Below, one piece after another: positions 58,793 to 64,000 of a DNA stretch of 64,000 bases (its first letter is position 1; every line of letters starts with the position of its first letter). Both the position numbers and the translations under genes were made by a program. The DNA is from a candidate division FCPU426 bacterium (GTDB lineage Bacteria; Oederibacteriota; Muellerivitia; Muellerivitales; Muellerivitaceae). The stretch is from assembly GCA_963796105.1 (NCBI GenBank), contig CAWCKJ010000004.1, forward strand, positions 192,001 through 256,000, given 5' to 3'. A model generated the notes under the pieces. The model had not been told where the DNA came from, searched no databases, and saw only the letters and a list, made by a program, of their open reading frames with translations.

Positions 58793-58961
58793 GCCACAGA
58801 TTCAGGAGATGTGCCAATTAACCTCTAAACCAATTAAGAAAATCGGTACTATACCGAACTTTCATTGAAAGCCCTAATGAGGTTCGGCATGCATTTAGAT
58901 TGGCTAAAATTAAAAGGCTTTAATTGTTTAGTAAATCCCATGTATCCCGTGCATCCGTGGC
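58793..58961. repeat. Structured intergenic repeat element, homologous to 48307-48478
   Basis: gccacaga...gatgtgccaat...ggtac.atacc...tgaaagcc...ggcatgcat...atccgtggc. Confidence 0.7.
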
Positions 58962-58972
58962 CAATGTTGCTG

Positions 58973-60286
58973 TTATTTCTGATTGAAGAACTTCTTATTA
59001 ATTTCCTTCGTCAATCCCGGCAGGATTTCCGCGGGCGTTTGCTTCCCTTCCCAAGCCTTATCCATGGCTGTATTGACGGTCCCATAATAAATCTCCGACC
59101 AGTTCTTTAGGAAGGGCTCATAAACGCTATGGTCCGGCATATCCAACAGGATGGCCTTGCTGGGGGCCCCCGGGCTCTTCAGGAAGGCGTCGGAGGCGGC
59201 TAGTTTCTTGTCCGCCGGCAGGACCCAGCCCGTCTCGGCCAGCTGGGCCACGGCCGTTTCGGAGCACAGAATCTTGACCACTTCCCAGGCCAGGGCCTTG
59301 TCCTTGCAGGTGGCGGCGATGGCGAACCCCGCGCCGCCGGTCGCCCAGCGCCGGAGGCCCGTGGGGCCGTCCGGGAAAGGCACGACGTCGAAATCGAGGC
59401 CCTTGGTCTTGAGGAAATTGGGGGTCTCCCAAAGGCCGGAATCCATCATGGCAATCCGGCCGTTCATGAACATGGCCGCCACCGAATTGCCGACCCCGAA
59501 AGCCTGGATGGAGGCCGGGGCCGGGACCACCCGGTATTTGTGCATCAGGTCCCAGTAGAACTGGAAGCCGCGGATGGCTTCGGGCGTGTCCAGCGCCAGC
59601 CGGGTGGGGTGCTCGGTGTCGTCCACGAAATTGCCGCCGCTGCTGAACAGGAAATTATCGCAATTGGTGATCCAGGAGTCGCAAAAGGCCCAGCGCGTGA
59701 CTTTGCCGGAGGGGTCCTTTTTCATCAGCTTCTGGCAGATGGAAAGGAAGGGCTCGGGCCAGGACCAGTCGGCCTTGGGATAGGGCAGTCCCGCCTCCCG
59801 GAAGGCCTTGCGGTTGTAATAGACCAGCCCCATGGGCGAGGTGTCCTGGGGCAGGACGTATAGGCGGCCCCCGGGGCTGAAGCGTTTGACGATCCCCGGA
59901 TAATCGTTCTTCAGGTCCATTCCGTCCTTTTGGGGGAAATCCGTCAGGTCCGCCAGCACACCGCGCATTTGGAGGTCCACGTAATTATTCACCGCCAGCA
60001 TCAGGATATCCGGTGCGGTGCCGGACGCGATCTCCGAGGTGATTTTTTCCTCATAGCTGGTGTAGGGGATGTATTCCAGGCGCACCTGGTAACCGGGGTG
60101 TTGTTTCTCGAAATCCTTGACCGTATCCGCTAGGAGGGGGAAATGCGGCTCCCCCAGCCAGGTGGTGACCCGGATCACCTTGCCCCCCAGCTTGAGGCAA
60201 CCTTGGATGGGGAAAAAGAGGGCAGCCGCCAAGAGCATCCATATCCAACCCTGAATTCTCACACGCGATATTAAAAACTTTTTCAA
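58973..60286 (-). CDS. ABC sugar transporter substrate-binding lipoprotein (paralog of the 32738 gene)
   Basis: Lipobox IQGC; APDI, YYNRKAF.EAGLPYP, W.WPEPFL, PTRLALD; start set at TTG 60286 with GAGAGG upstream (uncertain). Confidence 0.88.
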   Translation of the reverse strand: MKKFLISRVRIQGWIWMLLAAALFFPIQGCLKLGGKVIRVTTWLGEPHFPLLADTVKDFEKQHPGYQVRLEYIPYTSYEEKITSEIASGTAPDILMLAVNNYVDLQMRGVLADLTDFPQKDGMDLKNDYPGIVKRFSPGGRLYVLPQDTSPMGLVYYNRKAFREAGLPYPKADWSWPEPFLSICQKLMKKDPSGKVTRWAFCDSWITNCDNFLFSSGGNFVDDTEHPTRLALDTPEAIRGFQFYWDLMHKYRVVPAPASIQAFGVGNSVAAMFMNGRIAMMDSGLWETPNFLKTKGLDFDVVPFPDGPTGLRRWATGGAGFAIAATCKDKALAWEVVKILCSETAVAQLAETGWVLPADKKLAASDAFLKSPGAPSKAILLDMPDHSVYEPFLKNWSEIYYGTVNTAMDKAWEGKQTPAEILPGLTKEINKKFFNQK

Positions 60287-60322
60287 GGAGCTAACCTCTC
60301 TAATTGGCATTGTACCGGCTCC

Positions 60323-60404
60323 CCGGATTCAACGATTTACGAACTTTTCGCCTAGAATTCCCTAAATAAAATTAAACCAGGGCCGGATTCAACGATTTGC
60401 GAAC
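60323..60404. repeat. 22-bp direct repeat CCGGATTCAACGATTTRCGAAC, two copies 60 bp apart
   Basis: 60323-60344 and 60383-60404, one mismatch, at the composition boundary. Confidence 0.8.
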
Positions 60405-60436
60405 CCTTGAACTCTTAATATTCAATGTTTAAAAAT

Positions 60437-60904
60437 CTAAATACCATCAAACATTTTACCGATTAAAAGATTAGCAAAAAAATACGCACCAATCAGGAAC
60501 AAAACAACACCCGCCTGCTTCCTTGCTATCTCATAATTACCTCTAAGCAAAAATAATAACATTCCGCAATAAGAAACAATTAATGCACTAAATAAATTGC
60601 GATATCTATTTAGTATTTCCGTGAGAGAAAAATGATCTGTATTAGCATAATCAAATAATTGTTCGCCACAGGTAAATGGATAAAGCCACACAACGAGGAG
60701 AATAAATGAAAGTAAAAGAACAACTTGTCCTGAAATAAAACGGAAATATCTTTTATTCTCGCAAAGCATGTAAATTCCCAAAAAAGGAAAACCATAAGGA
60801 ACAACGATAAAAGAAACCAGAAGAATTAATCCACTAATCACATTCCATAAAAATTTGAACACGTCAATTGTTTCATGAATAAATTTCATCGGGTTGAAAT
60901 CCAA
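60437..60904 (-). CDS. Hypothetical membrane protein
   Basis: AT-rich ORF with about 4 hydrophobic segments. Confidence 0.55.
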   Translation of the reverse strand: MDFNPMKFIHETIDVFKFLWNVISGLILLVSFIVVPYGFPFLGIYMLCENKRYFRFISGQVVLLLSFILLVVWLYPFTCGEQLFDYANTDHFSLTEILNRYRNLFSALIVSYCGMLLFLLRGNYEIARKQAGVVLFLIGAYFFANLLIGKMFDGI

Positions 60905-60922
60905 TGCAGTTTTAATAAATTC

Positions 60923-61279
60923 CTATTGAATTAATCCAAAGGATCGATAAACAAAAAAACACTGATAACTGATCTTAAATATAAGAAACGCAAAAGCAAT
61001 AAATGTCACTATAAGAACAATCTTCCATTTTCTATTTGTTATAGATCGAAGGCCGAATGGTAATAAAATTGCACCAAGAGCCGGTACCCAATATGGATTC
61101 GTTTTATAGGCAATCCTAACAATAATGGGAACCCGGTTAAGTCTATCTTCACCTACACTGCCAAGCCCTTCAAATATCATTGGAAAAATAAACACAAAAT
61201 AAAAACATAAAAGAGCTGGAATAAAAAATATACTGATTACCATAATTATTTGAAAAAATTTTGATTTTTTTGAAATCAT
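60923..61279 (-). CDS. Hypothetical membrane protein
   Basis: AT-rich ORF with about 3 hydrophobic segments. Confidence 0.55.
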   Translation of the reverse strand: MISKKSKFFQIIMVISIFFIPALLCFYFVFIFPMIFEGLGSVGEDRLNRVPIIVRIAYKTNPYWVPALGAILLPFGLRSITNRKWKIVLIVTFIAFAFLIFKISYQCFFVYRSFGLIQ

Positions 61280-61331
61280 CTAAATTTTGTTTCTTCGCAA
61301 TGTCTCCCCATTCCATACGTTTTGCGAATTT

Positions 61332-61916
61332 TTAAATTCGTTGATATTTATCTATTTTATAAGCCATTATTGTTGTAACGATGTTACCGATTACCAATAT
61401 CAGCACAAATGCTAAAAACGAATGAATAATTTCTGCTTGTAAATAAACCATTATTACTAAAACTAAATAGGCCACTTCTAGGGTAACCATTTGTATTTCT
61501 GAGTATATATTTTTATCTTTTTCTAAAATATATATCCAAGGGATGAGCGCAACACAAGCAGACCAAAGAAGTCTTGGTATAAAAGAATGATCGGTTGCTG
61601 TTTTTGTGAAAATAATCAATATTGCAAAACACCATAATGTCGTTATAAGTATGCGATACAATGAACTAAGTGCTCCCCAAAAATAACCTTTTTTCTTATT
61701 ACCGCTTACAAAACTTTCAGATGCTAATGCAAGTAAAAATAATCCAGGCATCATTGGAATTGGAAGTAAAAATGCTGGTGCAGTAATTTCTAGAAAAAAT
61801 CCTATAGCTATTGCTCCCCATTCGCCCAAGATGGCCAACCATATGAGCGAAACAATACCACTTAAAATAGAAAAAATGGCCAATACAATACCTAAACCCG
61901 TAAGAAGTATTTTCAT
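61332..61916 (-). CDS. Hypothetical polytopic membrane protein
   Basis: AGGAG RBS; about 6 hydrophobic segments. Confidence 0.7.
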   Translation of the reverse strand: MKILLTGLGIVLAIFSILSGIVSLIWLAILGEWGAIAIGFFLEITAPAFLLPIPMMPGLFLLALASESFVSGNKKKGYFWGALSSLYRILITTLWCFAILIIFTKTATDHSFIPRLLWSACVALIPWIYILEKDKNIYSEIQMVTLEVAYLVLVIMVYLQAEIIHSFLAFVLILVIGNIVTTIMAYKIDKYQRI

Positions 61917-61964
61917 AGCATCTCCTAAATCAAATCAGGGATAGACATAATTCGCTCCCGTGCC

Positions 61965-62417
61965 TTATTTGTATTTTTTTGGTTTATGACCGATTAAATG
62001 GACTTCTGATAAGTATGAATCGATATCATTTTCCTTACCGTAAATATCTTCGCGGATTGTCTTAACCACAGTACGCAATAATTCGTCATGTTTAATTGAC
62101 CATTCTTTTGATTCCCTTGGAATTTCAGTATTACTTTGACGAATGAAATTATGAAATTTCATCAACTCTTGAACGACAGAGGGAGCGGCAATGACGATTA
62201 AACTATTAAAACTTTCCGATAATCTTTTTTGTGCATCATCGTCATTATTATCAATCGCAACATCGCTCATAGATTTTATATACAATCGATAATATTCTTG
62301 TTTTATCTTTCTTTCTTCAGATTCTCGTTGTTGTTTTTTTGTTAGGTAATAGGTAATGAATGATCCCAAAATACCTACCAATGCAGTAATTGTGATTGTA
62401 ATAAATTGGGCATCCAT
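61965..62417 (-). CDS. Hypothetical protein with an N-terminal transmembrane helix and helical domain
   Basis: AGGA RBS; ITITITALVGILGSFITY followed by a charged helix. Confidence 0.7.
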   Translation of the reverse strand: MDAQFITITITALVGILGSFITYYLTKKQQRESEERKIKQEYYRLYIKSMSDVAIDNNDDDAQKRLSESFNSLIVIAAPSVVQELMKFHNFIRQSNTEIPRESKEWSIKHDELLRTVVKTIREDIYGKENDIDSYLSEVHLIGHKPKKYK

Positions 62418-62442
62418 ATGCTTTTCCTTTCCGGAAATAGGT

Positions 62443-63078
62443 CTAAGGTGAATTAAAAATATTAAATATATTTTTAATACAAACTACAAAAAGAGAATTA
62501 AAACCGATTAAAAAATACGATAAATACAAAAACCGCATGCAATCAACATTTTGATCTAGTTTAAGAAACAATGAAAATATCTTTCCATCTTTCGAACCCT
62601 TTAATTCTCTCGTGAAAAATTTCCATATTTTATTCGGAAATAATCTTTTTAACGGTGCATAAAAATCTAAAAATGTCATAAGACTTAATGCTTCTATAAT
62701 ACTTAGTGCTAGAAAAAACCACCCTTCATAAAACAAAGGTTTCCATTCAATAGGGTGTTTCCCTTGAAGGGAAGATACTTCCGCAAATGACATGGATAGT
62801 AGAAAAAGGGTTAATGTAATTAACCATTTAAAATAATCTGTCCAACTTTTACGAAAAGATTCGATTACCGATTTTGTTGGAATTTTAATTTTCAGTGGTT
62901 TAAATTTTGATTTGTGTTTATTTTTGTCCTTTTTAATCAAAATAAACCAAATCAGATCAACAATAACTATTTGCACAATAAGCCATTTAAAAATTTCTAA
63001 TGGTATTTTTAAAAAAGATAAAAGGAATATCCAAATCAAAAGGGAAACAAGGTATTTAACAAATTCTTTGAAATTCAT
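62443..63078 (-). CDS. Hypothetical membrane protein
   Basis: AT-rich 211-aa ORF with several hydrophobic segments. Confidence 0.6.
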   Translation of the reverse strand: MNFKEFVKYLVSLLIWIFLLSFLKIPLEIFKWLIVQIVIVDLIWFILIKKDKNKHKSKFKPLKIKIPTKSVIESFRKSWTDYFKWLITLTLFLLSMSFAEVSSLQGKHPIEWKPLFYEGWFFLALSIIEALSLMTFLDFYAPLKRLFPNKIWKFFTRELKGSKDGKIFSLFLKLDQNVDCMRFLYLSYFLIGFNSLFVVCIKNIFNIFNSP

Positions 63079-63117
63079 TTAACTTCCCAGTTATAACCCG
63101 AATTAAAGTAGAAGAAA

Positions 63118-63882
63118 CTACACGGTTATTAATTTCGATAATTCTTTGTTTAAGAACAACATAAAATTTTTTAAGATTGGGACAGAACGGTAAAAATATT
63201 TTAAGTTTGTTTGCAAACGAACTCTTTTTTTATATCCCATAGTTTTCAAATACTTCTCGTCTTGAATACCGTGGTTATGAACTACTAAATTTCTGCGAAG
63301 TGATATCTCTTTAATTTTTTCCCAATCTTTAAATCCTGATTTGATATCTATTTTAAATTTGTTTTCAAGAAGCAATCCCAATCCAATAATGCCGCTATCT
63401 AAAGTATTTTTAATTTCTTTATCAACCATAGCAGAGATTATTTTTTCAATACTTCCAAGGTTTATTATTTCTTTATATAAAATTGGCTTGTCGTTTTTCA
63501 GGTAGGATGTTTTCAAAAATAAAACTTGTCGAAGTTGTAATTCAACAAAATTTTCAAATAAAATAACCAAATAAGTTAAAGCCATATTTGCCAAAAAATT
63601 CTTTTTCGTAAATTCACTAAGCGATTCCGCTAAAAATATTTTTACATTATCTGATTTTGGATTAAACTTTTTATTCTTTTCTACAACTCCGAAAATAGCT
63701 GCATTTTTTCTTAGCTCGGCCTTCTCCTTGAAGGAAAGATTGTCGAAAGTAACCGTATGTTTGCTTGAAATTAAAATTTCTGTATCTTTTACAAGAGATT
63801 CAAGTAAATCAATATTTGCCGAACTGTAATTTAAAAATGCTCGTAAGGCCTTAATACTATCTTTTTTTTTAACTATTTTCAT
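63118..63882 (-). CDS. HEPN-domain-like protein
   Basis: GAGG RBS; FENFVE helix upstream and RRNLVVHNHG (Rx4H) motif. Confidence 0.6.
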   Translation of the reverse strand: MKIVKKKDSIKALRAFLNYSSANIDLLESLVKDTEILISSKHTVTFDNLSFKEKAELRKNAAIFGVVEKNKKFNPKSDNVKIFLAESLSEFTKKNFLANMALTYLVILFENFVELQLRQVLFLKTSYLKNDKPILYKEIINLGSIEKIISAMVDKEIKNTLDSGIIGLGLLLENKFKIDIKSGFKDWEKIKEISLRRNLVVHNHGIQDEKYLKTMGYKKRVRLQTNLKYFYRSVPILKNFMLFLNKELSKLITV

Positions 63883-64000
63883 TTTGTCCTCAAAATATAT
63901 TGATTCAAGGGACTTATATAATTAACTTCCTTTTTTCTTTTTCCCTTATTTCTTGGGTTATACCGTTCACGACTCAATATTTTATTTGAATAGGAAGTCA

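Larger units (their letters stand above)
60405..64000. other. AT-rich island of co-oriented small genes, continuing past the window end
   Basis: Abrupt shift from GC-rich to strongly AT-rich sequence near 60.35 kb; no integrase seen in the window. Confidence 0.7.

Noticed and set aside
60323..60404. CRISPR array
   Set aside because: Only two repeat copies, 22 bp is short, and there are no cas genes in the window
60405..64000. Integron cassette array
   Set aside because: No convincing attC inverted repeats (RYYYAAC...GTTRRRY) in the short spacers and no integrase

Overview
Bacterial chromosomal window from a diderm, carbohydrate-degrading organism; the protein style suggests an uncultured lineage such as FCPU426, which I cannot verify. 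(1) 1-4.5 kb: a partial SAM methyltransferase and the housekeeping string glmU-prs-rplY-pth. (2) About 4.6-60.3 kb: a large polysaccharide-utilisation region. It encodes GH9, GH44, two GH2, GH31, GH36, GH26-like and GH51/79-like hydrolases, a frameshifted SGNH esterase with a T9SS-type C-terminal domain, galK plus a sugar-nucleotidyltransferase, and two orphan ABC sugar-binding lipoproteins. It has no recognisable SusC/SusD or TonB-dependent transporter. Instead it has three tandem SLH-like/coiled-coil/putative beta-barrel outer-membrane proteins flanked by CBM-like lipoproteins. It also has a family of large Thr/Pro-stalked modular lipoproteins sharing a CTRN motif, an identical 14-bp promoter element and shuffled domains. 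A candidate TGAAAY-NN-RTTTCA operator and dispersed structured intergenic repeats with compensatory base changes are present. (3) 60.4-64 kb: an abrupt AT-rich island of small co-oriented genes, one with a HEPN-type motif, bounded by a 22-bp direct repeat. All assignments come from motif recognition by eye, without database searches.
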